Positions 10,266-21,600 of a stretch of 64,000 bases of DNA are shown piece by piece (position 1 is the stretch's first letter; each line of letters begins with the position of its first letter). This DNA is from a candidate division WOR-3 bacterium. Its GTDB lineage: Bacteria > Hydrothermota > 32-111. The DNA lies in NCBI GenBank assembly GCA_037481815.1, contig JBBFKX010000003.1, positions 116,255 to 180,254 of the forward strand. Direction: 5' to 3'. Both the position numbers and the translations under genes were made by a program. The notes under the pieces were generated by a model, which ran no database searches, was not told the origin of the DNA, and worked only from the letters and a program-made list of their open reading frames with translations.

Positions 10266-11706
10266 TTATTATTATCTCCTCTTCTCCTTTTACAGTATCT
10301 TTAGGAGTTGTATCTTTCTTTTCCTCTTCAATTATAAATGTCCCCTCTTCCTTCTTCTCTTCAGTTGGGATTTGTTGTTTTGGAGTTTCAACTTTGTTTT
10401 CAACTACTGGTTTTTCTTCCTTCACAACAGGTTGAGGTGTTGTCTGTTTCTCTTCAACAACAGGCACAACCTCTTCCTTTTTTACCTCTTCTATAACCGG
10501 TTCAGGTGTTACAACCTGTTCTTTTACTTCCTCTTTTATAACATTGGTTTCACCTGTTATATTCATGAGTTCACCATATTTTTTCATAAGATATTCTGTT
10601 TTGTTTCTATAGGAAAGCTTTATCTCTTCGTATGGTTTTATGTCCATATTTCCTTTGATCGAAATAATCGTTGCTGTTGAATATTTCTCATAGGGAACAA
10701 GAACCTGCAAAGCACCTGCTGCAAAATATTCTCCCGTTTTGTCTTTTCTAACTATTGTGAAAACATCCCCTGTATTTATTCCATCATTTTTACCAAGGTT
10801 TATAAAAACGATTGTGAACTCGTTTGTTCTCAGTTTTGGATTTTCTGTTCCTATTAGTGATCCATAGATTTCTTCTGAAACTTTCAAATATGAAGAATTA
10901 GGATTAATCTGTGGTTCTTCATATGTTGAAACAAAATCACCTTTGTTGATCTCATCGTACGCTGCTGTTATCGTTCCATAAGCAAAATTGTTTTCATAAC
11001 CATCTATTCTGACTTTTCCTATTATTCTTACATGTTTTCCAAGATTTTCACCACTTTTGTTATCTTTTACTTTGTTGTTCCAATTGAATATGATCAACTC
11101 TTTTCCTATCAAATTTTTATCTTCTGAATTTAACTTTATATAAACTTTTTCATTTGTAACCATCTGATAAGAATTTTTATATAAACCATCTATCTTTCCA
11201 ATCTGTGGGTTCTGTAAAGAAAGGTAGCCTGCTTTGAATGCCAATTTTTTTGCAACAGCATATTCAACAGCATTTTTTATCGTATAACTTTTTGTTCTTT
11301 CAATTTTTTTGATATCTTCTCTTATCTGTTTCACTTTACCGATCTGTTCATCCATTCCTGTTGAAGTTGTATACTCCATCTCTTGTTCCTGAACCTCTTT
11401 TTCAAAACCTATTTCTTCTTCTGTCTTTGTCATCTCTTTTTCTTCAACTTGTTGAACATTCTCCTGCAAAGTTGCATCAGCAGCGACATCAGGTATGATA
11501 AATTCCTGTCCTGGATATATCCAGTGAGGGTCTTTAATCTTTTCTATATTTGCATTGTAAATATTTCTCCAGATAAATGGATTATTGTAATAATAACCGG
11601 CAAGATCCCATAAAGTATCTCCCTTTTTAACAACATGCACTTTTTGTCCAAAAATTGCAAGAGATAACATTATGGCTATCAATAAGAGGAATAACCACTT
11701 CTTCAC
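10255..11706 (-). CDS. LysM domain protein with low-complexity E/K/P/V-rich C-terminus
   Basis: Signal peptide then LysM (HVVKKGDTLWDLAGYYYNNP...YPGQEFIIP); repetitive C-terminal linker. Confidence 0.75.
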   Translation of the reverse strand: MKKWLFLLLIAIMLSLAIFGQKVHVVKKGDTLWDLAGYYYNNPFIWRNIYNANIEKIKDPHWIYPGQEFIIPDVAADATLQENVQQVEEKEMTKTEEEIGFEKEVQEQEMEYTTSTGMDEQIGKVKQIREDIKKIERTKSYTIKNAVEYAVAKKLAFKAGYLSLQNPQIGKIDGLYKNSYQMVTNEKVYIKLNSEDKNLIGKELIIFNWNNKVKDNKSGENLGKHVRIIGKVRIDGYENNFAYGTITAAYDEINKGDFVSTYEEPQINPNSSYLKVSEEIYGSLIGTENPKLRTNEFTIVFINLGKNDGINTGDVFTIVRKDKTGEYFAAGALQVLVPYEKYSTATIISIKGNMDIKPYEEIKLSYRNKTEYLMKKYGELMNITGETNVIKEEVKEQVVTPEPVIEEVKKEEVVPVVEEKQTTPQPVVKEEKPVVENKVETPKQQIPTEEKKEEGTFIIEEEKKDTTPKDTVKGEEEIIIIEE

Positions 11707-11984
11707 TTCTCCTCCTTTTTAGATTGATTTTTAACCTGAATGAACTGGTATTTCAGAATACCCAGAATTTCATCAAACACTTTTTTTTCTTCAACGGTGA
11801 GTCCACTTTCCATTTTTTTATAAATGAATTCAAGTATATCGATAGAGTGTGAGGCACTTTCAAGGTCGAGTTTTGTTTCAATCCCCGGGATCTCAATAAG
11901 TTTCATATTTGCAAGGGATTGAATATAGAACGGATTTATAACATCCATTATCTCTATCTTTTTATCAGACAAGATTCCCTCCAT
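11703..11984 (-). CDS. hypothetical protein
   Basis: 93-aa ORF packed between alr and the LysM gene on the same strand; no motif. Confidence 0.4.
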   Translation of the reverse strand: MEGILSDKKIEIMDVINPFYIQSLANMKLIEIPGIETKLDLESASHSIDILEFIYKKMESGLTVEEKKVFDEILGILKYQFIQVKNQSKKEEK

Positions 11985-13122
11985 TTGTTGCTAGAATGTT
12001 TTTCTGATAGTATATGTTACCATTCTTAACAAATATTCTTGGAACTCTCGGCCCTATTCCCGTTAAAATTTCGTAGTTTAAAAGACCTGAGAGTTTAGCA
12101 AGTTCGTTTATAGAAATATTCTCTCCAAAAATCTCAACCTCATCACCAACTTTTACATTTTCAACATCAGAAATATCGATCATCGTAAGATCCATACATA
12201 CATTTCCAACAACCCTAACCCTTTTCCCTTTCAAAAACATATAAGATTTATTTGAGAGCAATCTTGAATATCCATCTCCGTAACCTATCAGAACCGTTGC
12301 TATCTTCATGTTTTTTTCAGCAACAAAATTTCTACCATAAGAAACGGTGTCTCCCTTTTTTAAGTTTTTGATCTGACATATTCTTGATTTTAAAAACATA
12401 ACCTGTTTGACCTTTATAAATTCTTTCAATCTCTCATCAGTATATTGTCCATAAAGCATTATTCCAGGTCTTACAAGATTGTACAAACTACCCTTGATGT
12501 TCACTATTCCCGATGAGTTCGCAAGATGTCTATATTTAAAATTTATACCCTTTTCTTTTAATTTATTTAAAATTATATCATATCTTCTCTTTTGTTCAAT
12601 AGAAAAACCCTTATCCTCCTTTTCCGCTTCTGCAAAATGAGAAAAAATTCCTGAAACATAAATATTCTTCAAATCCAGAATTTTAGGTATCTCTCTTTCA
12701 GCATCTCTATAGGAGATGCCTGTTCTATTCATCCCTGTATCGATCTCTATATGTGCTTCTGTGATCCTGTTTTTTCTTTTTGATTCTTTATCTATACTTT
12801 TTGCATAGGAGTATGATACAAGATTTGGCATTATATTGTAATCAACAATTTTGGGAGCATCCTTTTCGAGTGTAGGACTTAAAATCAAAATTTGATTGGG
12901 AATCCTGTGTATTCTCAGTTCTATCGCTTCATCTATCGAAGCAACTCCAAAAATTTCAATGTATGGAGATAAAACTCTTGTTATCTCTATACTATCATGA
13001 CCATAAGCGTTCGCTTTAACAGCAGCGAGTATCTTTACATCTTTTCCTATAACTTTTTTTATAGTTTTAACATTGTAAAGAAGATTATCTATGTTGATTT
13101 CAGCCCAGGTTCTATTTTTCAT
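11965..13122 (-). CDS. alr: alanine racemase
   Basis: PLP-lysine motif AVKANAYGHD near the N-terminus; 385 aa; C-terminal beta domain pattern (VSYG...MD). Confidence 0.9.
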   Translation of the reverse strand: MKNRTWAEINIDNLLYNVKTIKKVIGKDVKILAAVKANAYGHDSIEITRVLSPYIEIFGVASIDEAIELRIHRIPNQILILSPTLEKDAPKIVDYNIMPNLVSYSYAKSIDKESKRKNRITEAHIEIDTGMNRTGISYRDAEREIPKILDLKNIYVSGIFSHFAEAEKEDKGFSIEQKRRYDIILNKLKEKGINFKYRHLANSSGIVNIKGSLYNLVRPGIMLYGQYTDERLKEFIKVKQVMFLKSRICQIKNLKKGDTVSYGRNFVAEKNMKIATVLIGYGDGYSRLLSNKSYMFLKGKRVRVVGNVCMDLTMIDISDVENVKVGDEVEIFGENISINELAKLSGLLNYEILTGIGPRVPRIFVKNGNIYYQKNILATNGGNLV

Positions 13123-13468
13123 AAACCTCTTTGTATATTGAATCTTTTGTAAAAATTAAAAATGTATCCTTAAAAGAATATTTCAATTTCAGTTTGTAAT
13201 CTTTAAAAGAACTCTCATATTCAAAAAAAGAATCAAGTGTAATATCAAAATATCTTTGAAAAACTTTTAATTCGTAAGGAAAATAATTTTCCTTTCTATA
13301 AAACCCATCGATACGATTTTTCAGAGATAAAGTTTTTAGAAGTATCTCCTCTTTCGTCATCACATTTTTATTTTTTAAATTGAAAACTGGAGGTTTTAAG
13401 AATAAACCAAGCAATATGGAAACGAAAATTAAAAGTGTTAAAAGTTTATAGAATCTGTTATTTTTCAT
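13112..13468 (-). CDS. hypothetical membrane-anchored protein
   Basis: 118-aa ORF with an N-terminal hydrophobic helix; operonic position. Confidence 0.45.
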   Translation of the reverse strand: MKNNRFYKLLTLLIFVSILLGLFLKPPVFNLKNKNVMTKEEILLKTLSLKNRIDGFYRKENYFPYELKVFQRYFDITLDSFFEYESSFKDYKLKLKYSFKDTFLIFTKDSIYKEVYEK

Positions 13469-13760
13469 CCTCTATCAAACTCAAATGGTTTTCCTCGGAA
13501 ATCATCGTCTGATTCCATTTAGGTTCAAACACAAGGTTTATGTTAACATTTCCTTCTCCTGCAACTTCTTCTATCTTTTGTTTTAACTCATTTATCATCA
13601 CCGAAGCAAGTGGACATCCAGGAAAAGTAAGCGTCATATCTATAAAAACTTTGTTGTTTTCGATTTTGAAACCATATATCAATCCAAGTGTCACGATATC
13701 CATACCGATTTCTGGATCTATAACCTCACGCATCTTTTCAACGATCAACTTTCTATCCAT
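13458..13760 (-). CDS. DUF59 / SufT-like Fe-S cluster assembly protein
   Basis: VIDPEIGMDIVTLGLIY...TLTFPGCPL is the classic DUF59 (MIP18/PaaD-like) signature. Confidence 0.75.
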   Translation of the reverse strand: MDRKLIVEKMREVIDPEIGMDIVTLGLIYGFKIENNKVFIDMTLTFPGCPLASVMINELKQKIEEVAGEGNVNINLVFEPKWNQTMISEENHLSLIEDEK

Positions 13761-13811
13761 AATGCCTCCATAAAGTTTAAATTTATCATATAGTTAAAAT
13801 AAATCAATAGT

Positions 13812-14780
13812 TTAATTCAAAATGTTTCTGTATCGCAAAAAGAACTTTTCATCTTTTCCATAAAAACTGTCGTATCTGCTTACAAGATCGTTGTAAACCT
13901 TTTCATCAAGAACAACTTTCCCTATATAAAAAGGTTTACTTTTTGTCGTGAACGACCTTTTAAATTCACTCAGACCATCTTTTCCATCCTTGGTTCCGCC
14001 ACCAAGAATCATGACTTTGCTCCCACGATTCTTTGCCAATTCACATCCTTTATACAATAAAAGGTTTGAAAGACCTTTTGTGATCTCATCTTTTAATATT
14101 GTTGAAAGATGATAATAAGAGTTGAATTCATTTTCTATCAAAAACAATGATCCGCCAAAATATTTTTCATCTTTGTATGAGTTAAAAAGATATGAAAATT
14201 TTAAATTTTTTAAATTCAAAAAATATTTTTCGTTGAATTTTAAGAACTCTCTACCTTTCTTTTCTTCTATCATGTTTCTATAGAGTTCATAAAATTTTAA
14301 AAACTCTTCTTCCTTCTTTTCTTCTGAAATGTAAAAATTTTTTCTTTCAGCCAACCTTATTTTATTCCTGACGGAACTTTTAAACTCTTTTGTGTACCCA
14401 TCAACAAGATCAATATAGAAAACCTCTCTTATATACTCTATCCTGAAAAGATTGGACTCTGGAAGAGGGAAAAAAGGGTTAAATCTTATGAATCCAGCTA
14501 TAAGATTTTCCTTTTTTAAAAGGTTAAAAAGTTCTTCAAAAAAAGGTTCAGTAAAATCTTTTTCTTTGTTCGTTGTATAAAAAGAAGAATATCCATAAGG
14601 TGTCTCAAAATCTCTATATTTTTTGTTAACAAGAAGGATCAAAAAGATCAAATCACCATTTTTTTCTTTAAAATATAATTTTGCATCACCATAAAGTTTT
14701 GCATACTCTTCTAAAAACTGTAAATCTTTTATATTGTAATCTTTAAGAAGATTGTTCCAGTTATCACTTATTCTAATCAA
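13812..14780 (-). CDS. FemAB-like / GNAT (Acetyltransf_6-type) protein
   Basis: C-terminal pattern YYHLS...LLLYKGCELAKNRG...ILGGG...GLSEFKRSF resembles FemAB-family peptidyl/aminoacyl transferases; weak call. Confidence 0.45.
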   Translation of the reverse strand: MIRISDNWNNLLKDYNIKDLQFLEEYAKLYGDAKLYFKEKNGDLIFLILLVNKKYRDFETPYGYSSFYTTNKEKDFTEPFFEELFNLLKKENLIAGFIRFNPFFPLPESNLFRIEYIREVFYIDLVDGYTKEFKSSVRNKIRLAERKNFYISEEKKEEEFLKFYELYRNMIEEKKGREFLKFNEKYFLNLKNLKFSYLFNSYKDEKYFGGSLFLIENEFNSYYHLSTILKDEITKGLSNLLLYKGCELAKNRGSKVMILGGGTKDGKDGLSEFKRSFTTKSKPFYIGKVVLDEKVYNDLVSRYDSFYGKDEKFFLRYRNILN

Positions 14781-14786
14781 AATCTC

Positions 14787-16319
14787 TCACAGGTTATAAA
14801 AATATTTGTTATCGAGAATCCTGTACTGGATCGCTTCAGATATATGTTCATCCTTTATATTCTCGTCTCCTGCAAGATCCGCTATAGTTCTTGCAACTTT
14901 GATTATTTTTGTTATCGATCTTGGGGAGAACGAATAATGCTTCATCGCAGTTTCAAGTAAAAGTTTAGAATCAGAATCGAGTTTACAAAAAATTTTTAAA
15001 TATTTCGAAGTCAAATGTCCATTTCTTCTGATGTTTTTCAGACCCTTATATCTTTCTTCCTGTTTGTTGACAACATTTTGAACTCTCTTTCTTATATCTT
15101 TTGATCTCTCAACTTTTTCTTCATCAGATTCGTTCAAAAAGTCAATTCTTGGGACTTCAATATGAATATCGATTCTATCTAGTATCGGGCCTGAAATTTT
15201 TGAAAGGTATTTTTGAATATCAAAGGGTGTACATTTACATATATGGTTAGGATCTGAATAGTATCCACATCTACACGGATTCATCGCTGCGATCAAGGTA
15301 AACCTTGAAGGATAAACGAATGTATTCTGTGCTCTTGATACTGTTACATATCCATCTTCAAGTGGCTGTCTTAACGATTCGATTATATTTTTAGAGAACT
15401 CAGGGAATTCATCAAGGAATAAAACACCGTTATGTGCAAGTGAGACCTCTCCTGGATGTGAGTCCTGTCCTCCACCGATCAGAGCGACATCCGAGATAGT
15501 ATGGTGTGGACTTCTGAACGGTCTTTCTTTTATTATTCCCTCATTGTCTTTCAAAAGTCCCCTTATCGAATATATTTTCGTCGTTTCGAGTGACTCCTCA
15601 TCCGTCATCTCAGGTAAAATCGTTACAAACCTTTTTGCGAGCATAGTTTTTCCCGTTCCAGGAGGTCCAATCATCAAAACATTGTGTCCCCCGGAGGCTG
15701 CTATCTCAAGTGCTCGTTTCTGTAACAACAAACCTTTAACATCCTCAAAACCAAAATCGTATTCGAAAGATTCTTCTATCTGGTCTTTGTTCTCATAAGG
15801 TTTTATCTCTTTTGAACCAGACAGGAATTCAATGACCTCTCTGAGATCTTTTACAGGATATACCTTCATACCTTTTACTACAGATGCCTCTTTTCTATTT
15901 GAATATGGCAAAATGATTTTTCTTTCACCCTTCTCATAGATGGATGAAACTATTGCGAGGATCCCGTTAACACCTCTCACTTTTCCATCGAGTGCAAGTT
16001 CCCCAACAAAAATATAATCTTCAGAAAAATTTTTCACTATACCCAAAGATTTCAAAAGGGAAACAGCAATCGGAAGATCAAAATATGAGCCCTCTTTTTT
16101 TATATCCGCTGGAGCAAGGTTTACCGTTATTCTTCTATCAGGAAATGGAAAGTTTGAATTTTTAATTGCACTTCTTATCCTTTCTTTTGATTCCTTCACA
16201 GTTCTTTCAGCAAGTCCAACTATGTTGAAAGCGGGTAGTCCGTTTTGAACATCAGTTTCAACTTCAACAACATAACCTTCAATACCCCTGATCCCTGCTG
16301 ATTTTAGTGTTGAGATCAT
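14787..16319 (-). CDS. comM: YifB/ComM family Mg-chelatase-like ATPase
   Basis: N-terminal Lon-like domain, Walker A GPPGTGKT, Walker B LFLDEFPEF, C-terminal ChlI-like region; 510 aa. Confidence 0.9.
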   Translation of the reverse strand: MISTLKSAGIRGIEGYVVEVETDVQNGLPAFNIVGLAERTVKESKERIRSAIKNSNFPFPDRRITVNLAPADIKKEGSYFDLPIAVSLLKSLGIVKNFSEDYIFVGELALDGKVRGVNGILAIVSSIYEKGERKIILPYSNRKEASVVKGMKVYPVKDLREVIEFLSGSKEIKPYENKDQIEESFEYDFGFEDVKGLLLQKRALEIAASGGHNVLMIGPPGTGKTMLAKRFVTILPEMTDEESLETTKIYSIRGLLKDNEGIIKERPFRSPHHTISDVALIGGGQDSHPGEVSLAHNGVLFLDEFPEFSKNIIESLRQPLEDGYVTVSRAQNTFVYPSRFTLIAAMNPCRCGYYSDPNHICKCTPFDIQKYLSKISGPILDRIDIHIEVPRIDFLNESDEEKVERSKDIRKRVQNVVNKQEERYKGLKNIRRNGHLTSKYLKIFCKLDSDSKLLLETAMKHYSFSPRSITKIIKVARTIADLAGDENIKDEHISEAIQYRILDNKYFYNL

Positions 16320-18192
16320 AAATTTTTTCCAACCTCCTCCTTACAACTCCATCTGAAATAGATCTTATAACTTTTGGAATCTCCTGAACTTTTTCATAAT
16401 ATTTTTCTTTATCATTTTTTTTCAAAAATTTTAAATAGTTATAAAAAAGTTTTGCGTGTTCCAACAACCTGTAGGATGTTTTTAACTTTTCACAACTTCT
16501 TTCAAAAATCTTTTCTCTCTCTTTAACATCAACATTTTTCTCACCCTTTATATAATGGAACATTATTCCATTGGCACGGTCTTTTTTTATCATACTTTCA
16601 TATTTTCTAACGATCTCCTTTTTCTTTTTTTTACTTTTCAAAAATCTTGTTAAAAAGAAAACAGATTCTGTTAACAGATAACCGTTTCCTATCTGGACTC
16701 CAATATTGTAAGTTTTAAGGTAATAATCTTTTGATTGTTTATAATTTTTCTTCATCAGATACAATCTTCCAAGATTGTTATAAACCATCCATAGACCTAG
16801 TTTATTGTTCAATTTTAAAGCGTTATCGAGTGATTCGAGAAGGTTATACTCAGCATCAAGAAATTTCCCCTGCTCCATATACACAAGGGCTATTCCACTC
16901 TGACTTCTTACAGAACCGTAAAGATCGTTATAAAAGTGTTTTATGTCAATAGAATTGAGATAACATTCAGAAGACCTTTCAAAATTCCCCATATTCAGAT
17001 AAACGAATCCTTTTGCATCATAATATTTTGCAAGATCAAGAGTCATCTCTTTTTTGAAATTTATCAACTGGTTGTATTTAACAATTGAAAAATGTTTCTC
17101 TGCAAGGGTCTCCTTTTCTTTTTCAAAACTCTCCTCCATTTTATCGTAAAACTCTTTTGACATATCAAGGTATTTAAACACCTCATCTATATTTTTTCCC
17201 ATCTTAAAAAACACCATTCCTATATGTCTTGACGCTCTCGATTTTTCAAGAAGGTTAGCACTTTTACTTTTTAAAACCTTAAAAGAATAATTCAAGGAAT
17301 TTTCATATTCGTTCAAATAATAGTAACCAGAAGAAAGTTCGTTGTAAAGTTCATATCTTGAAAATTTTTTATTGTTACCTTTTAAATTTTTTTCAACCTG
17401 CTTTAAAATTTTGATCCCATCCTTATTTTTTCCACCCTGAACAAATATTTTCCCAATATTCAAATCTATTAAAAGTTTATCATCTCTATTCTTCATCCTT
17501 TTTCTTGCATCCTTCAAAAACAGATAAGATTTTTCTAACGAGTTTATACTCTGGATCTTCAATAGATGTAAACCTTTTTCGAGATGAATATAACCCTCAT
17601 TATAAAGTTGTATAAAAATGTCAACTATTTCGGGATCAAATTGGGTTTTTGAATTCTTTTTAATTTCTTTTATTGCATTCTCTTCACTTTTTATCTCTTT
17701 TTTATAACTTCTTCCTGAAGTCATAGCATCAAACGAATCAGCAACTGCAATTATGCGTGAAAATAGCGGAATATTTTTTCCCTTCAATCCATCAGGATAA
17801 CCTTTACCGTCAAACCTTTCATGATGATGTTTGATAGCTTCCTGCAATCCATTAACATATTTGAAAGAACCGAGAAGATAAGCACCATAGATCGAATGTC
17901 TTTTGATTTCCGAGAACTGGAATCTGTTCAATTTTCTTTTACTGTTCAAAATTGAAATCGGAACCTTCACTTTTCCTATATCATGTAAAATCGATGCAAG
18001 ATATAACACATCAAGATCTTTTTTGGAAAGTCCCAATCTTTTTCCTATTAGAATAGAATATCTCTGAACTCTCTCGGAATGACCTATTGTGTATTCATCT
18101 TTGGCATCTATAACATCTGATAAATATTTTATCGTATTTAAAAAGAGTTCTTCGTTTTCAAGCGAATTTGATAACTTCTTAAAATCTCTCAT
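16279..18192 (-). CDS. HD-GYP domain phosphodiesterase with TPR-like C-terminal region
   Basis: HSERV...LHDIGK...HHERFDGKGYPDGL (HD-GYP); the ORF-track extension to 18231 is an artefact of translating the tmRNA 3' end, first plausible ATG is 18192. Confidence 0.85.
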   Translation of the reverse strand: MRDFKKLSNSLENEELFLNTIKYLSDVIDAKDEYTIGHSERVQRYSILIGKRLGLSKKDLDVLYLASILHDIGKVKVPISILNSKRKLNRFQFSEIKRHSIYGAYLLGSFKYVNGLQEAIKHHHERFDGKGYPDGLKGKNIPLFSRIIAVADSFDAMTSGRSYKKEIKSEENAIKEIKKNSKTQFDPEIVDIFIQLYNEGYIHLEKGLHLLKIQSINSLEKSYLFLKDARKRMKNRDDKLLIDLNIGKIFVQGGKNKDGIKILKQVEKNLKGNNKKFSRYELYNELSSGYYYLNEYENSLNYSFKVLKSKSANLLEKSRASRHIGMVFFKMGKNIDEVFKYLDMSKEFYDKMEESFEKEKETLAEKHFSIVKYNQLINFKKEMTLDLAKYYDAKGFVYLNMGNFERSSECYLNSIDIKHFYNDLYGSVRSQSGIALVYMEQGKFLDAEYNLLESLDNALKLNNKLGLWMVYNNLGRLYLMKKNYKQSKDYYLKTYNIGVQIGNGYLLTESVFFLTRFLKSKKKKKEIVRKYESMIKKDRANGIMFHYIKGEKNVDVKEREKIFERSCEKLKTSYRLLEHAKLFYNYLKFLKKNDKEKYYEKVQEIPKVIRSISDGVVRRRLEKIYDLNTKISRDQGY

Positions 18193-18200
18193 ATTAAAAA

Positions 18201-18533
18201 TGGAGGCGGCGGGAATCGAACCCGCGTCCAAAGATAGATGTTCAGTTCTTCTACATGCTTAGCATCCATGAATTTATCCTGATTGGCTGGATGCGACCTT
18301 TCAGGATTTTTGCCCTTCTCTTTTGGTATGATTTGGGCAGATCATACCAGCAGTCAGGATAGATGAAGGTCATTTCAAAACCCCTGACCGGTCTTGAAAG
18401 CCCTGCCGCTAAATTATGCGGCTAAAGCGAAATTGTTGTCTTTTCTTTTTCGCCGGTTTTTTTACGAGACACCAGCAATCTCGGCATGCTTCCCCTGAAC
18501 AAGATTATCCCTGTCGAGACCAATTTCGCCCCC
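18201..18533 (-). ncRNA. ssrA: tmRNA (transfer-messenger RNA)
   Basis: Minus strand starts GGGGGCGAAATTGGTCTCGAC and ends GGACGCGGGTTCGATTCCCGCCGCCTCCA. Acceptor stem has a G3:U pair and the T-arm is GGTTCGATTCC. Internal tag frame ends ...GAC AAC AAT TTC GCT TTA GCC GCA TAA (DNNFALAA stop). CCA is not encoded. Confidence 0.9.
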
Positions 18534-18611
18534 CAACATTATAATAACTCAAATTTTATTTTTTTCAACATATAAATTTTTTATTGAAATATTTTTTTTT
18601 AATCATATAAT

Positions 18612-21600
18612 ATGATAAGGGAAATGAAAAATATCTTTTTGAACAGATCAAACCTTTTAAAATTTATTATACTTATAAATACCTTAATATTCCTCATATT
18701 CGTTTTGATATTTTTAAAACAGATAAATTTTGTCAAACAGGAAGAAAATAAAAAGATATTCAACTCTCTTGAGCATAATCATGAATTTTTCATAATCAAA
18801 AAACAAAATCTTTATGAGGACTTAAAATTTATTAGTTATCTTTACACAATTAACGACTTTTTGAAAAACAGTTCTGATCCTCTTGTGAGGGAAAGATTTT
18901 TAAATAAGGTAAAAGAGATACACAACGCCTACAACGAGATCGTTTCAATAACTCTATTCGATCGAGACAACAAAATCATATTTTCTGAAAACAACGAAAA
19001 TTATTCGGACACAACACTTCTTGTAGGTTCAATTATAGAAAAGACAATAAAACTTTCAAAAATAAAAAATTCAGGTGAACAGGTCATTTTTGATGCGTAT
19101 GTGCCGGTTTTTGATAAGAGAACTCAAAAATTTATCGGAACTATAGAACTTGATATTGATTTTTACAAATTCTATTCTTTCGAAAAAGGACACTTTTTTC
19201 CTTTCAAAGATTTAAACACATATTTTGTTCAACTCGATAAAGAATCACTCTACTTTTTTCAGATAACAGATTATAAACCTGAAATAAATTCTTTTGAAAT
19301 TTACGATTTTTCAAATCTTTTTGAAAATCTTGAATCAAAAAACACTTTCATTCTGTACTCACAAAAGGAAAAGAAAAAATTTTTCTCTTCAGTACAAAAA
19401 ATCGATGAAAATGAATATCTGATCGCATATATCGATTATAAAAAGTATATATCAAACATATTAAGGGTTTTATCATATACTCTCTTATTCTTCATTTTTG
19501 TAACAACCTTTTTCGATCTCATTTTAATTTTTATATACCTTTTGATAAACAATTTTCTTTACAGAAAGGAAATAGAAAACAAAAAAGAGATCGAGAAAAC
19601 GAAAAAGTATCTTGAAACACTTTTGAATTCATCTCCTCTTTATATTCTTGATATTACAAAAGATCTAAAGATCAACTTTTTTATAAACGAATCAGCAAAA
19701 ATTTTCTTCAATTCCGATAAAAATAGTTTCGATTTCAAAAATGTTTTGTTAAGAGACGACTATGCAAAGTTAAGAAGTTGTGTCGATAAATTTTATGAAG
19801 ACAAAGATAAAAATTTTGATTCCTTTGAAACAAAAATAAAAATTGATCTTGATGAAAGATATTTAACATTTCTCCTTTCTCCCATAAAGGATCAGGATGG
19901 TGAGATTTTATCAATCCTTGTAATAATTTCTGATATCACAGATTTAAAAAATTATGAACTTGATCTTGAAGATAAAAACAAAAAACTTCTATTCACTTTA
20001 CAGCAACTCGAATCAACAAACGAGGAGTTACAGACATCTGAAGAAGAACTCCTCGCAACAGAAGAAGAGTTAAAATACCAGATCGAGGAACTTGAAAAGA
20101 AAAGTAAAATTCTCCATGAAACAGAAGAGAAATTTAAAATCGCTTTAAAAAACTCAAACATTTCAGTGTTCGTTCAGGATAGAGATTTGAAATACAACTA
20201 TGGTTTCAATATTCCAGACAATATTCCGTTTGAAATGCTTTTTGAAAAAGTTGATGAGGATATTTTTAAAGGAAAAAATGTTGAAAAGTTCGTACGTATG
20301 AAACATCTTGCGATCACAAACGGAGAAAAATTTTCAGGTGAGATAGAACTGATATTTTTTAAAACAAAACATTACTTTTTCTATACTATAGAACCATTCT
20401 ATTCAAAGGATGAAAAAATTTCTGGTGTTTTAACTGCACTCCAGGATATAAGTGAAAAAGTTGAGATGCAAAAGGAGTTGATGCAGGTTTTTAAACTTGA
20501 AGCACTCGGGAACCTTGCAGGTGGTATTGCACATGATTTTAACAACATTCTTGCTGGAATAATCGGTAACGCAGAGATACTTGATATGAGGATCGGGGAG
20601 GATCAGGAACTCTCAAAGTATATCAAAAGTATAATCAAAATCTCTGAAAGTGCTTCAAAACTCACAAAACAACTTTTATCTTTTGCAAGAAAAGGGAAAT
20701 ATCAGAACATTGATTTTTCGGTTCACAAAATTATAAATGAAGTTTGCGATATACTTGAAAGAACGATTGACAGAAGAATAAGAATTGAACAACACCTTAA
20801 GGCAAAACCATCTTCAATAAAAGGCGATCCAGCACAGATAGAAACAGCGTTGATGAACCTCATTATAAACTCAAAGGATGCAATTTTGGAAAAAGGCGGT
20901 GACGGAAAAATAGAAGTTAGAACCGAAACCATAATCGTTGATGAAAATTTCAACAGGTTTTTGAACACAAAACTTGAAAACGGAACATATATTCACATAT
21001 CCGTATCGGATGATGGAATCGGGATGGATGATGAGATAAAAAAACATATATTTGAACCATTCTTTACAACAAAAGATGTTGGAAAAGGAACAGGGCTTGG
21101 GCTTGCAAGTGTTTACGGAACGATAAAAAATCATAAAGGATATATAGATTTTTACTCTGAGAGATTCAAAGGAACAACATTTAATATTTATCTACCTCTA
21201 TCAAACACTGATCTGGAAGAGGAAGTGGAACAGGAAAGCGAAAAAATAATTAATCTGAACATGAAAAAATCTATATTGATAATAGACGATGAAGAATCTA
21301 TAAGAAACAGTTGTAAAGAGATGCTTGAAAAAGAGGGTGTTAAAGTGTTGACAGCAAAGGATGGAATTGAAGGTGTTGAGATTTTTGAACAAAATAAAGA
21401 TGAAATTTGTCTGATAATTCTTGATATGATAATGCCCAAGATGTCCGGGAAAGATACTTTTATAGGAATAAAAAAATTGGATAGGGATATACCGGTTATA
21501 CTCTGTTCTGGCTACTCTGAGGAGGGGGAAGCTGAAGAGATTATAAGCATGGGAGTTGAAGCATTTTTACAAAAACCTTACAGGATGAAAACTTTAATAG

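Noticed and set aside
18193-18231. N-terminal extension MDAGSIPAASIFN of the HD-GYP ORF
   Set aside because: It is the reverse-strand reading of the tmRNA acceptor/T-arm (GGACGCGGGTTCGATTCCCGCC), so it is RNA-gene sequence and not coding.
18201-18533. tmRNA 3' end as an integration site for a genomic island
   Set aside because: No integrase gene, no duplicated copy of the ssrA 3' end and no compositional shift in the flanking 10 kb. The neighbours are ordinary signalling and housekeeping genes.
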